A stretch of DNA of 63,818 nucleotides, the filler included, from Sphacelaria rigidula (lineage: Eukaryota), in assembly GCA_964200075.2 (NCBI GenBank). It is 11 parts of 11 records of this genome, joined end to end, with 100 filler letters (N's around TTAATTAATTAA, not from the genome) between each part and the next. Parts side by side here need not be neighbours in the genome. Positions count along the whole stretch, not along the records: positions 11,623 to 17,333 come from CAXNAA020025053.1; positions 17,434 to 23,144 come from CAXNAA020025054.1; positions 23,245 to 28,955 come from CAXNAA020025055.1; 8 more parts are not named here. One strand, given 5' to 3'. Numbering within the stretch: the first letter of the stretch is position 1; the number at the start of each line of letters is the position of its first letter. The notes under the pieces were generated by a model. The model was not told where the DNA came from and searched no databases. It saw only the letters and a list, made by a program, of their open reading frames with translations. A program made the translations under genes and the position numbers. Shown here in pieces: positions 13,309 to 25,750 of the stretch.

Positions 13309-15480
13309 GTGAAATGCATGTGTCCCATCGCCGATCTTTATGCTTCGGTACGTTCAGCACATCCGAAGCACCGAAACATGTCCGCCAGGGGTGCCGAGCG
13401 TCGTGATGAACGAGGAAGGCGTGGCGACAGACGCCGCTCCGACTCCAGATTCTCCTCGGCAAGTCGAAGTCGTTCCGATTCCCGTGACTCCCGCTCCCGC
13501 TCTGGCTTTCGTCGCCGCCGCTTTACTTCGCGGGACTTCAGAAGTTCCCGCCGCCCCTCGCACTCTCACTCCGCATTCCCTTGCCGCATACTGTCCCGTG
13601 TGAAATACCGCTCCACGAGCCGTTTCAGAACCAACCGTGAAAATCAGTCACGCCAGGATGGGCAAGAGGCCGAGGAAGGAAACAAGAAACGAGATGGAGG
13701 GATCGAAGGAGCCGAGGCCAACCAGCTGGCTAAGGTAAACGAGCGGGTGCGTAGGCGCATTGCAGACACCTCCGCGACACCAGTGTACAGGGAAGTCGCA
13801 TCAGACAACCATAGTAAACAAAGCTGTACTCCTTCGGGAGAAGATCTGGAGCACACTCCGACATGTAGAACGGGGATCGCTAAAGCTCCCCGAGGATGAA
13901 CACTAGGTCGGAGGTAGGTGGGTAACGAAGGTCGATAAATATTCGCCCCGAGGTTGTGATTTACTCCTGAACTTGCTTGCGGGCGGTGGCACAACTGCCA
14001 CAGCGCTACTTTCTGGCGTTCATGTCAGGGTGTATCGCATCTCAGGCGGAACCGACTACATCCGCCACGCTCAGGTCACGGCTACCGACTGGTTGCGTCT
14101 TCTAGTTCGTGAACAAGATCTCAACAGTGCTTCCGCCGAAAATGCACGCGACGCATTAGATGAGACCACCCTGAAGAAAGGCAAATCTTGGCGAGCTGCG
14201 GCCGAACGAGTTTTGTTCGCTTATGAAGCCACGCAAGCCGTTCGCATGCCCCTGAGACCGACTTTTCCTGGCGTTTCATTACGATGGAGCAGCTTGACGA
14301 ACTGTACGAATGCGTCGTCCGAGCCGTCTTGCCTGATGAAGTTCGCAGGGATGGCATGTAATCACAACTCCACGAGACGATGAGTGTAGAGGAGATCAAG
14401 CAGCAGACACCGACCCTAGCTGCAGCGTTCAACAACACACCAGGGACAATCCTGGGACAGCACGATGTTCCGTTCGTGGAACAGAAACACCTGTCGGCCA
14501 GAGACGTTCAGCAGAAAACACCGGCCCTGGCTGCAGCGTTCAACAACACACCAGGAACAATCCTGGGACAGCACGATGTTCCGTTCGTGGAACAGAAACA
14601 CCTGTCGGCCAGAGACGTGCAGAATCAAGCTAGGACAGCGGCCACGAAAGGAGCGTCTTCTTCGTCTGCTGCACCCACCCCGCCACCGAGTTCATCCTCG
14701 GCTGTAAGGGCTAGCGATCAGCAAGCCGCCCCCTCCCCGACGGGGGACCGAGAAGAGGCCATCGACCACCTCCGCAGGAAGAAGATCTGCCTGGGCCACG
14801 CTTTTACTGGTGCCTGCCGCCGCCGCACGCGCTGTCCATACACACACGGTATCATCACGCCGGCTTACTACAGGAACGCAAGGTCCGCCGTAGAGCCACC
14901 ATCCCCCAGAAGCGACTCGCGGCTCTCACGAAAGCCCGATGCCTAGCCGCGCTCGACGTGGGACTGATCAACGAGGGTAGCGATGGTGGTAGGGAGGAAG
15001 AAGGCGACGAGCACGAAGAGTTGTCCTCTATCAGCAACAGCAACAAGTGAGGGGACGCCTCAGGTATTTTCAACCTGGGGAACCTGCTAGAGAAGGAGTT
15101 GGCGGCCATTGAGCGCCGACTCTGAGACCAACTGCGGGTGGCGGGAGAGATCTGGCACCGGAGCCGGGCTCGGAGGTCGTGACCACTCGAGGTAGTGCTG
15201 GACACCGGGGCAGGTGGGGGCAAATACATGTCTGGGTTTCTGTGGCGTTGCCCCATGAAAGCAGAAGGAATACAGGCCAAGGTAGACACGAACAAAGCTT
15301 GCACTCTTCGTGCCGCCAACCCCTCGCAGAGGGAGGTACCCCCGATGTCTATAGTTGGACCAGCTGTGATACTAATCTTGTTCGCTAAAGATGATCGCGT
15401 TCGTGAAGTGGTAGTCAGGGTGGTAAAGGACCTACCTTACGGGCTCATTTTGGGAGCCGAGTTTTTCAGGGCAAATCGTA
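13309..15480 (+). mobile_element. Degenerate gag-protease of an LTR retrotransposon
   Basis: Broken ORFs. CCCH finger CLGHAFTGACRRRTRCPYTH near 14788-14847, then aspartic protease VLDTGAGG...LILGAEFF (15195-15466), cut off by a LINE. Confidence 0.7.
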
Positions 15481-17200
15481 GCAGGTGCTTGCCCGAGCTG
15501 AGGTTCCAGATGAGATAATAGCCGCTATCCGCCACTTCTACGATTCATGCAGGCCCGCGTGCGCATGGACGACGGGGAGCTCTCGGAGTGGTTCGAGGTC
15601 ACCACGGGACTACGGCAAGAGTGTGTGCTGTCTCTGTTACGGATTTATTGGCCATTTACCAGTCGACTAGTCTCCATGTGTCATGTTCTGTTATGCTTGG
15701 TATCTGATGGGTCATACTACGTTTCGTGTCCTCTAGATGCCGACTTGACTCTCTACCCCCATGTGTTTACAAAGCTTCCGGGAGTGATCCCAACAAGTAC
15801 AGCAGCTACTAGCCTGTTCGCCGATCATACAAGAAGCATCTACGCCATTTCCGGGACGGCTTCATCAGAGGTGTCTGTGGTCTTCGTCTAGAGTAAGCCT
15901 GACTCGCATCCAGTGGATGCTGCTTGAGCACCTGCGTGACAACCCGCAGCCCCTTGGCTGCTCGGCGTTATGTGAGTACTCGAACTCGGTCGAATCGATT
16001 CACTCGAATGTGTTTGAGCACAGTAGTGCTCGGGTGCCCACGGACTGGCACCCTTCACCCCTAGACGCTCACCATCCGATTTGCGACATCTCCACTGCTG
16101 TTCAATATATGTTTCGCTGCGGCGCTCGACATAGTTCTCGTGCGATTCAGCGAGGACTACACCACCCTCAAGGACATGATATACCTCAACGAGGCGACGG
16201 TGAGGGAGATAGAGATGCCTCTGGAACGCGTAGGGAGAGCGGTGTGGAAGATGCTGTATGCCGATGACGCGGCCGTCGCCTCGAGATTCCCTGACGACCT
16301 GACGAGGATGATGAACGATATTGTACGCGTGTTCGGGACCTTCGGGGCGACGGTGTCGGAGAAGAAGACGAAGACTATACTGATGCGAGCACCGAAGAAA
16401 ACGCGGCAGAAGAGGGAGCCACCAACATCACCCTTACCACCACTGGTCATCGAAGCAGCGGGCCAGAAGTACGCACAAACCACGAAGTTCCGGTACTTGG
16501 GTGGGTTCATCACCAAAGATGGCGAGCGCACACAAGAGATCAACAACCGGAGCAGAGCCGCGTGGGCGTGCATCAGAAAGTTTTCCCGAGAGCTCTTTGA
16601 CCGACCGAAAGCACCGTGGGAACTCAAGGTCCGACTGCTGAAGGCAGAGGCGATAGAGGCCCTACTGTATGGATGCATGATGTGGGCCTCGCGCAGCGAG
16701 AACTGCCGGTTGCTAAGGACGGTATACTACCGGTTCCTTCTGCGGGTTATCGGGTACCGCCGGGTGCGTGGCACATACCGACAGTTGTCATACGCCCAGG
16801 CCCTCAAGAAGACCGGATGCCAAAGTGCTGAAGCCATCGTCCGGCAACGGCGACTGCTGTTCACGGGAGCCCTGGCTAGACAACCGGACGGACGACTCCC
16901 GAAGCGACTAGCATTTGGATCACTCGTGGGTGGGAGGACCCAGGACCGGAGTGCCCGGAGAAAAACAGGCTGAAATACCTGCGGAACAATTTTCAAGCTT
17001 TCGCAGCCACGAACGGCTCTTCAGACGACAGCCGACAGACATTCGGAGTTGGAAGTGCCCGCTGGCCTTCAGCAGCGAAGAGGGATGGGGGTGATGCCAT
17101 GGCACGCGGGAGTGCTGCAGGGAGAGGAGAGGTTCATGACCTCTTGGCACAAGATCGAGCAAGAGGCCAGTCGGCAACGTGCGATTAAACGGGAGTTTTG
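15481..17200 (+). mobile_element. 5'-truncated RTE-like non-LTR retrotransposon (reverse transcriptase), interrupted by a solo LTR
   Basis: GLRQECVL-SPLLFN, LYADD, KKTK, FRYLGG, LLYGC, RQRRLLFTG and DGRLPKRL motifs. Confidence 0.92.
15635..16088. mobile_element. Solo LTR with 4-bp TSD
   Basis: TGT...ACA ends and TCTC on both sides (15631-15634, 16089-16092). Removal restores GTG CTG TCT CCA CTG CTG TTC AAT (VLSPLLFN). Confidence 0.9.
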
Positions 17201-17848
17201 AGAAGAGGAGGGAGAAAATGGAAGAATGCGCAACCAGCTTGTACCGAAGAGTCATCCTACGATATGGGGGGGGGGGGTATTTTGAGTCATTTGTTGCTCG
17301 AAATGTCGAGTCAGAGCGTCGGTGAAAGCAGCANNNNNNNNNNNNNNNNNNNNNNNNNNNNNNNNNNNNNNNNNNNNTTAATTAATTAANNNNNNNNNNN
17401 NNNNNNNNNNNNNNNNNNNNNNNNNNNNNNNNNTCGCACAATTTGTTGTTATAGGGACCGCGTCATGGACAAATCGACAAATCATTTGTCCATGGCGCGG
17501 TCCCTATCTATTATGATACTACATATTTACTAATAATGACGTTAATATGGACGACCTCATCATCATGCCCTCCGACTTCCCTGAAAATGTTTTTGGGAGT
17601 TTCTCGTCTCACACGCGGCCATTCGGCTACCCCCTTAAAATCCTCTATCGCGATTTTCATCCTCTCGAGGGTAAAGTGACCCTCGGGAGGATAACAATAC
17701 CCTCTAGAGGGTATTTCATACTCGGTTTCGGTCATAAAACGAACCCCCTGAAGGACATCTGATGCTTCAGTGACTTCTGACGTCTGAATCCCTCCAGAGT
17801 ATCAAAAATATAGTGCTTTGGAGACGTGGTTTTCGTGAACGTCCCTTA

Positions 17849-18038
17849 GGCCGTGTCTTATCAAATTGTTTCCATCTCGAAAACGTACGGTGGAATCGAA
17901 TTTGCTCTTACCCGATACGTCCACCACATTTATGTTCTCAACCATATGAGAAAATAGGTGGCGTGAACGAATCAGAAACGAGCGAATTTGATCCGACCGC
18001 ACGTTTTCGACACGAAAAGAATTTGATGAGACACGGCC
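17849..18038. mobile_element. Tourist/PIF-Harbinger-like MITE
   Basis: ~60-bp imperfect TIRs starting GGCCGTGTCT.ATCAAATT, flanked by TTA and TCA. Confidence 0.7.
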
Positions 18039-18756
18039 TCAGAGGGAAATGTGAACGGCAGAGGGAAATATGAGCATCATTCCTTTGGCGGAGGGACCGA
18101 CTATGGCCTCGAAGGCATTTGTTGCGACTCCGGAAGACACAGCCGTGCAGTATCCTCCCGCGTGTACATTTACACGTGTGCACTACTTGTGTCCTACCTG
18201 CTTCCAGGGGACCTTTGGGACCATTACGCCAGAAAAATATATGTATCACCCGCCGTTCACAGACTGAATTGCAAACCTGACGACACTTATTCCCAGCTAC
18301 AATACCACCACAATAACCCTACAGCAAAGTGTTAGAACAACAGATTTGTTATTGGTCTCTTTTTTCGATAGTCGCTCATATCGGGTAAATAGCAGTACAA
18401 CTTCCGCATCCTCAGAGGATTGCAGCTGTTCTAAGATTGTTAGCGGAGCTTCCGTCTCTGTCGGGTTAATGTAAAGTTCTAGGATTCTCATTGTTTTGTT
18501 CTAGAGTTCTGTCGGTTTAATGTAAAGTCGTAGGATTCTCATAAGTATGAATATTCTCATGAGTAAGAACTTAGGCGTAGCGCATTGATCCGAGGGTACT
18601 TGTGGGTTGCTCCCACACCCTGTCACTCTCTTTTTCTTCTTCACTCTCTCCACTGAGATTCTCGGCCACATAAGCGCCAATTTCCAACATCAGTCTTTTC
18701 GACAAGCAAGTGTGCTTTACCGTCACTTCGTGCTGGCTCTGTGCATCTCCTTGAGA

Positions 18757-19502
18757 TATCATGCCACATCAAGAACTACCTCGTTCTTTCACAAAGAGCA
18801 CGAGTTGGGCACAGGGATACAGATACACACTGCAGTAGTTGAGCATGATGTATGTCTTGTTGGTGGAAGTTGGAACTTGAGCAGCGGAGTATGGTGAGGG
18901 CAACAACCGGCGGTTTACTGCATACTTTCATACGGAGTGAGTGTAATGAAGAAGGGTATGGACAAGCTCCACACACCTTGATAGATCAATGTACGAGCTT
19001 GTAAGATGCACAAGGTGCAATGTGTCAGCGTAAAACAAGCTACAAATATACACGTGCAGGTTCACGTGACTGTTGGTCACAGTAGTAACAAACAAAGGGA
19101 GCTCAAAGGCTTGATATCTTTTTACTCTCACTGATTATTTCCTTGATCGCCTAGCACACTGTTCTCACCAAAGGTAAACAGTAGGAGCAGATGGTCCGGC
19201 TCGAACGGTAGCTCAAGAGTGTGCAAGAGTGCATGAGGTACATGCAACGCAACCTATCTGAACTCGGCCCGAGAAGGCGTTTGCCTCCTCGGGACCAGGG
19301 CATATCAGCCTGCACACTAATCGTCCCCAGCTAGGATATACCAGCCTGTGCATCAATCTTCCCTAGAGCCTAGCCTGTACATCAACCTTCCCCAGAACTA
19401 TAGGAACATTCCCATGGATGGATCGAATGATCTGTGCGCCAACCTGCCCCAAAACTGTCTGAAGGAACAAATAACGTCCCTCTATTTTGCTTCTTCATGA
19501 CA
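18757..19502 (-). repeat. Probable 3' LTR of the adjacent Gypsy element
   Basis: On the minus strand it starts TGTCATG directly after the G-rich GTGTGGGTGAG and ends CATGATA (degenerate CATGACA). Short internal tandem motifs at ~19305-19455. Confidence 0.55.
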
Positions 19503-20102
19503 CTCACCCACACAGACGAACCTCTTTTTGAGTTGCGGTGAAGTCTTAAGAGCAACTAAAATTGAGGCTTGTCTCACCCATCAAGTCATGAGGAGACAAC
19601 GCGAAAAAAACAAGACGGCAATGGCCAGCCCGGTGCTCGATCCTCCCACACCTCAAACAAGAGAAACCAAAGGTCGCCAAAAAGCGCAATTACGCAATTG
19701 CGGTTGACTGCGCAGTAGCACACAATGCTACTGCGAGCTAGCGAACAGACGGAAACAGCACGCAATGCTTTGACGCGCTAGCTAGATAAAAAGCAAAGGA
19801 AAACCTCGCAAAGGACACAATGCCAATCTCAACTAGGGAAACAGAAACTCAAGGACCCGAAGAGGGTCGAGTGCCAGCCGGACAAAGTGGTGGCAGCGTA
19901 GAGGCCAATGGAAGGGGGCGAAGGGGGTCCAGAGGAAGTAGTCGAAGGAGCCGATGAAGGCGGAAATGAGCCGCCATAGGAGAGCCATCGTAGGTGAAGC
20001 AGTGAAGGGGAGAGCTTACCTGAGTGAGGACAAGGGAAGTACCCGAACCAAACTGGGAGGGGAGATAAAAATCGCGATGAAAGGAGTGCGAAGAGATAGT
20101 AC

Positions 20103-23100
20103 TCAAGATGGTGCATTGATGTCGTGTGTACGATCGATATTGCGCTGAAGGCCTCGGCGTAGGCCGTGTGACTTGAAGCGTTGTAGGCACCAGGAGCCGC
20201 GGGGTGCGGAGGGGCTGGTCGTGTATAAGTCGGGGCGAAGCCTGAGCTGAACGGGCCCAGGGTCGTCGAGAAAACGCACGATGTACGTGTCGGCTGCGAG
20301 GGCATCGACGGAGTGGATCTGACCTAGCCACCAGAGGTAATCGCTGCCCTTATACCACAAGTAGGTACCTTTAGGGAGCGGTTGTTGTTTTGCGCGAGAC
20401 TTTTCGTCCCATTTGGTTGGTGGGTACGAGTTCGTAACCATCGGCTACAAAACGTAGTCCTTTGTCACGGTGGAGTTCGCGGGCTGCGGCACCGCGTCTC
20501 ATGTTGCGATATTCCTTGTTGTCAGCGAGCTGTTGCTGTGGGGATTGCGTCCAGTAGAGAAGGATAGCACGACGGTGCAGTTGAAGGTCGGACTCGCGTT
20601 CCCAAGACGCACGCCGAAGACCTTGCCAGTGTGTCTTGTACATGACAGCAATTTTGCCGCCGGGACCTCGAGTGATTTGGTGGCCGGAAATGTGGGACAC
20701 GGCCAAGCGGAGAGGTTGCTCAGTCACGTCGTCGGTGGTAACGTGGTACGGTGGAGATTTTGTTGAGTAGCTGTTGAGCACGTATTGGGTGAGACCTGCA
20801 GGCAGGTATTGAGGCGTGTTCGTAGTGTCATGCGGGTTCGTGCAGGGCTTGCAATGATACACAGAGACGCGAGACTTAGCGTCGTGCCCCTGGAAATCAC
20901 GAGGTAAATCGAGGTAGAGGAGTTTGTCGCCAACGGGCTTGCCGTCAGGAGATGTCGGCGAGGGGCCGACTATGAGAATCTTGAACGGGCCAGTCGAATG
21001 GAGGGACAGTTTCGTCTTCAAGACTGTTGCCTGGACAGTACGGTCAGCGCATTGACGGATGGTGAACAAACTATTATTGTAGATCCAGACCCAATCGCCG
21101 ATCTTCCAAGTAGGGCGTTTGTGCATCAAGTTGTAGAGGGCGGTATTGGATCTTTGAAGGGCGTGAGACGCTGATAGCGTGTTGTTCGCGCACCAAGGTG
21201 AAAGCTTTGCGCTGACAAGCCCTGGCGAGGTCGTGGCCGGACATCTGATCCTGTTCCAGACCTTGGTGACCATCGAAGGTATGCCTTTCGAAAACGGTGA
21301 TGGGCAGACGAGGGTAGCGTCCAAGATGCAGCTCGTTGGGCGAGAGGCCCGTAGCCGCGTTAACCGAATTGTTGTAAGACAACATGACATGCGAGAGATC
21401 CCAGTCATTTTGTCGGTCGTTAACGACCACGGATAGCATTTGAGCCATCGCGTGGTTCACACGTTCAGTTCCACCGTTACCGTTAGGGTGGTAGGCGCTC
21501 GTGGCAATTTTGCGAATGCCGAGGAGCTTGTACAAAGCATCCAAGAGTTCGGAGCAAAATTGTTGACCATTGTCGGAGAGGAGCCGTTTCGGGCAGCCAT
21601 AGTGCTTAATGTAGTCATGGACGAGAATGTCCGCTGTGCCGGCAGCAGTGAAATCGCTAGCAGTAACAGCATAAATAGCCGCGTGACGGCTGAAGCGGTT
21701 GGTGAAGAGTAAAATATAGGTATTACCACGGTCAGTTGGGGGTTAAGGGCCGAAGTCGTCAAACGATACGAAGTGACCAGGAACGTTTGGAAGCGTCATG
21801 GAAATCACCGGCCATCGCACAGTCTGTCGAAAGGTTTTGCGAGCCTGACATTTGAAACATCGGCGGACCCAAAAATGCGTGGATGCTTCCATGCCAATCC
21901 ACCAATGAAAACGTTCAAGGAGTGCTAACGTGCGCGTGACGCCTAAGTGGCAGGACAAATCAGAGTGACAGCCTTTCATGACCCACGGACGCATCATGAT
22001 GGGAAAATGATGTAAATTGGGGCGTCATGGCGCATATGTGCCGAAGTGGCAGTTGTTACTACGGCAGCCGTGCCCAAAGGTGAGTGGAATCGGCGAACAA
22101 GCAAATGAACGTCGTCGTCAGTCGTGAAGATAGTACCTTTGCGTGCCAGCTCGAACACGTCAGAAGCGGTGGGGGCGGGTAGAGTGCCCACGAGTGTCAA
22201 GATCTCAGCCGGAAAAAGGGTGGGGCAGTTTAGCCGTAAGTACCGCATTGTCTCACTATAGAGCGGTTCCTGGTGTTGGTCGCGAGCCCAACCGCGGTGA
22301 AAGTAGCTAGCGAGAAAATCCCGAAGTTGTCCTTCAGCCGGAGAGCCAACCAAACATGGTGGCTCAGGAGGGGGTGGCACAGGTGAAGAGGCAGGGGTGC
22401 CGACGTCAACAGCTTGATCCGGGAGCGGATCTGACGCATGTGTATCGCGAGTCAGAGGCGCAGGTGCTGGGAGATTCCCAGAAGGCGGCGTGGGTGTAGC
22501 GCGAACTGGTGAACGCGATCAGCGCGTTCGGCGCACAAGCGGCGCGGGCGGTTTTGGTACAACACTGGGCACGCGGCCGGTTGTTGTAGGCGTGGTGCGG
22601 CCCGTGGGGGCACGAGGCGGCCGCGGCGGCGACGCATTGCTAGAGCGGCCGGCGGCGGTCGTAGCATCACAAAACGCGAAGAATTGGCACGAGCTGCCGA
22701 CCGAGAGCGCGTGTTTTCAGAGATGAGGTGAACAGTTGGTGGTGGCGGTGCCGAAATGTTCGCGCGAGGGCCGAAAGTGCGGAAATCGGCAAAATCAGCA
22801 GCTGTGGGCGCTAAGGCATCCAAAACTGTATCAGGGGGCAGAGGGCGGGGGCCACCCATGTGCAGACCTGTTTCAGGGCATTGCAGGTCGAGCGCGTAAA
22901 TGGGCCTAGAAAATCGCCGGATGGGGTAGACGCCTGGTTCGTCAGGTTCAGTCAAGCGGTAAGCGGGACTGAAATCTACCGCTGTAGGAGGTGGAGGCAA
23001 TCGCGAAAGAAGGTCAGCATTGCTGTTGGTTTTGCCCGGACGGTGTCTAACAGTGTACTGGTAGGCAGTCAAGAACTCCAGCCACGTTGTACGCGGGGGT

Positions 23101-23144
23101 TATGTTCTCCAACCTTAGCGAGTTGTTCAAGAGCTCCGTGATCT
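20103..23144 (-). mobile_element. Ty3/Gypsy pol 3' half (RNase H end, integrase, chromodomain-like and extra C-terminal domain), frameshifted
   Basis: YQYTVRHRPGKTNSNADLLSR; HHCC (CHSDLSCHLG...CFKC); LLSDNGQQF; TSAYHPNGNGGTERVN; GPF; YKTHWQGLRRASWERESDL. Confidence 0.95.
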
Positions 23145-23251
23145 NNNNNNNNNNNNNNNNNNNNNNNNNNNNNNNNNNNNNNNNNNNNTTAATTAATTAA
23201 NNNNNNNNNNNNNNNNNNNNNNNNNNNNNNNNNNNNNNNNNNNNTATGGAT

Positions 23252-23256
<5 letters not shown>

Positions 23257-23322
<66 letters not shown>
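23257..23322. repeat. (TAA)n microsatellite
   Basis: Direct reading. Confidence 0.97.
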
Positions 23323-23329
23323 TTGTGAA

Positions 23330-25750
23330 CTGGGAACTTCAGTTGACGCCAGGTTCCTCTTCGGGAAAGCGGCGTTTGGTGCGTTTTCTCAAAGGTGCGA
23401 ATGATTTTGCGAGTGATATACCCGGCGGTTCTGAACTTCTTTCCGATCACGATGCAGCTTTTCTCGTGTTCCAAGAGCTTCAAAACTCGGTCGGCCAGCA
23501 TTCTTTTTGTTGTTGTTGCTACTGTGATGGCTGATTTGTTTGGAATCGGTACAGTGCAGTAGGGCGTGAAATGGTCGCTCACGGACATGATATGTTTGCA
23601 TATGTTTGCACGGTAATCCGGCAGATGAACTTCATTCTTCTTGTATTCGACCAGATTACTACTACTTGCTAGAACGGTCTCTCCACCAGTATTTGACCTG
23701 GGGGTAACTTCGGACGAACATGAGCCGTTTGCGGCGTTGGCAACAAGCTAACTTCGGACAGGCATGAGCCATTTTGCGGCCTTGGCAGCAAGCTCGGCAG
23801 TCAGTGCACCCAATGTGAACATTTCCACTGATGGTTTTCACCAGTATATGTCTGGTTATTTGCCTAATTTTTTCTTATATCGGTTCAACCCTTGGACCAC
23901 GAGATTAGTCTGTCTGGATCATGCATACTTTTTTTCACTTGAAATCGATGCCGATTCAACAGAAGACTAACCCCGCGGTCTAAGGGTGAAGTGCGAGGTG
24001 ACATCCTGGAAACTCATGATTGTAACACGCGAATGCAAAACCAACCCTACTAGAGCACCCGCGTTTCGGAGGTGGCCTGGCAAGTACGACTTGAAGAAAA
24101 AAGAATGTAATTTCGGACTGGGTACTTACAGGATATGAAATTCTACGTCTCTCTTTGCGGTGTTATTGGTGCAGTGTCATCAGTGAAGTACTGAATGTGA
24201 GCCAGATTCGCTTGTTTGCTCGGTTCGCCATTTCTGCCTGTCGTCAGTCACGCATAGATTGTTGCGCTCGCATGGACGTTGGCTTTACGGTGAAAAATTC
24301 TCCGTCACTTCGCCCTGATTTCACGTTGTCGAGTTTTCTCATCTGAAACTTGAAACAGCTGGTGCGGTTTCGTTGTGTGCAGCGCGGATAGATTGGTGCG
24401 AGCCGAGCTTTGCCTTCGTCTTCTTTTTGCTGCTCGAGTTTCAAGAGTTTGTTTGTTTTGAATCTTCCCGGTCCGTGCTGCACTGTAAGTTCGTAACATG
24501 CAGTCGCCGACCTACTCAACATGTTGCTTCGTGCCCTATATCTTATACAGATATTTCGGTGTGGCAGGATCCGTCACCAAGTGTAGAACGTCGACCCCAA
24601 CAAAAAGGAATGCCTTGACGCATCGCTTTTACACCTGCATAACATTCCTCGAATGTTATAGAGTACTGCCGCTGAGCATGGTTGAAACGTTGGCTGGAAT
24701 GCGCTATAATCGCACTTCGTCGCCTTTTGTTGGGTCAAGATCGAGCCGGCCTCTTCCTCTGACGCAGCTACTTGGATGGCTTTGTAAACTCTGGGAAATG
24801 GAGTGCCAGAGCGCTCGTCAGGAACCGTTATGCTTCTGCAAAGGTTGCGTCGTGTTCAGACTTCTAATGTTTAGCCACCATTTCTTTGACTGACTCTTCG
24901 ATCTTGTAAATCCTGCCAACGGCGCAGTTACTTTCGCCAAGTTTGGTATTTATTATCTCACAAAGCTGGTCCTGATCATACTAGGCACTGAAAGTATCTG
25001 TTCGCGATGCTGGTCGGTTTGGTCGTCTCCTATTTCGATATCATCCTCTGACAGCGTGTGTTTCAGGTATTTGACCTCTCTTGGTTCAAACTCAAATGTC
25101 GATGGCTTCCGGAAAGAAGACACGCGCTGCTTTTAGCGCTTAAACACGTCTTCGAGTCAGCAAGGTTTTGTCTCCTACCGTATCACCAGTTCAGACGAAT
25201 GAATCCAAGATTTTCCATCGGTAAACGGTCCGTACTTCTCGGTTTTAAACCGTATTTCTTCGAATTTGAAGACCTAGGTCCAACTATCCAGGTACTACAT
25301 TCAAAGAAGATATGACCGGATGACCTTTAACCCTTGGACGGTGACCCCGCTGCAGCTGGACTGAGATGGATGATGCGACATTTGGGTTTTAGAACAGCTC
25401 TTTTTCTCGCTACACAAGACGCTTTTTTTCATAATCATGTGGATGCTGGGCATCTATGCAGAGAATGATTCCGGAGCACCACTGATCAGTCTTGACCGTG
25501 CAATCTATGGCGTGAAGTGTAAGTTTGTGTGCGGTGTATCTCCGCTGCATACACCGGCAAGAAACAGTTATCGTGTCATCGCTCTCCACTACACACAATT
25601 TACTGCATGTTGCTGATACCTCTGCTAAGTGTTCCACAACGACACTACAGACAGTGTGAAGCTATTCTGGCAACACAACAGGCGTCAGACACGCGGCACA
25701 GGCCACGAGTAGAGTATGAAACACGTTTTTTATGCTCATGATGTCCATGG
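23330..25750 (-). mobile_element. Highly decayed Ty3/Gypsy pol (RT, RNase H, integrase remnants)
   Basis: Colinear remnants: REVKYLKHTLSEDDIEIG, FVR..IPNLAKVTAPL, HLVTDP, YELTVQHGPG, SVSDHFTPYCTVPIPNKSAITVA. Confidence 0.75.

Noticed and set aside
19829..20331. Additional ORF or env-like gene after the integrase
   Set aside because: Overlapping GC-rich alternative frames with no signal peptide or TM pattern.
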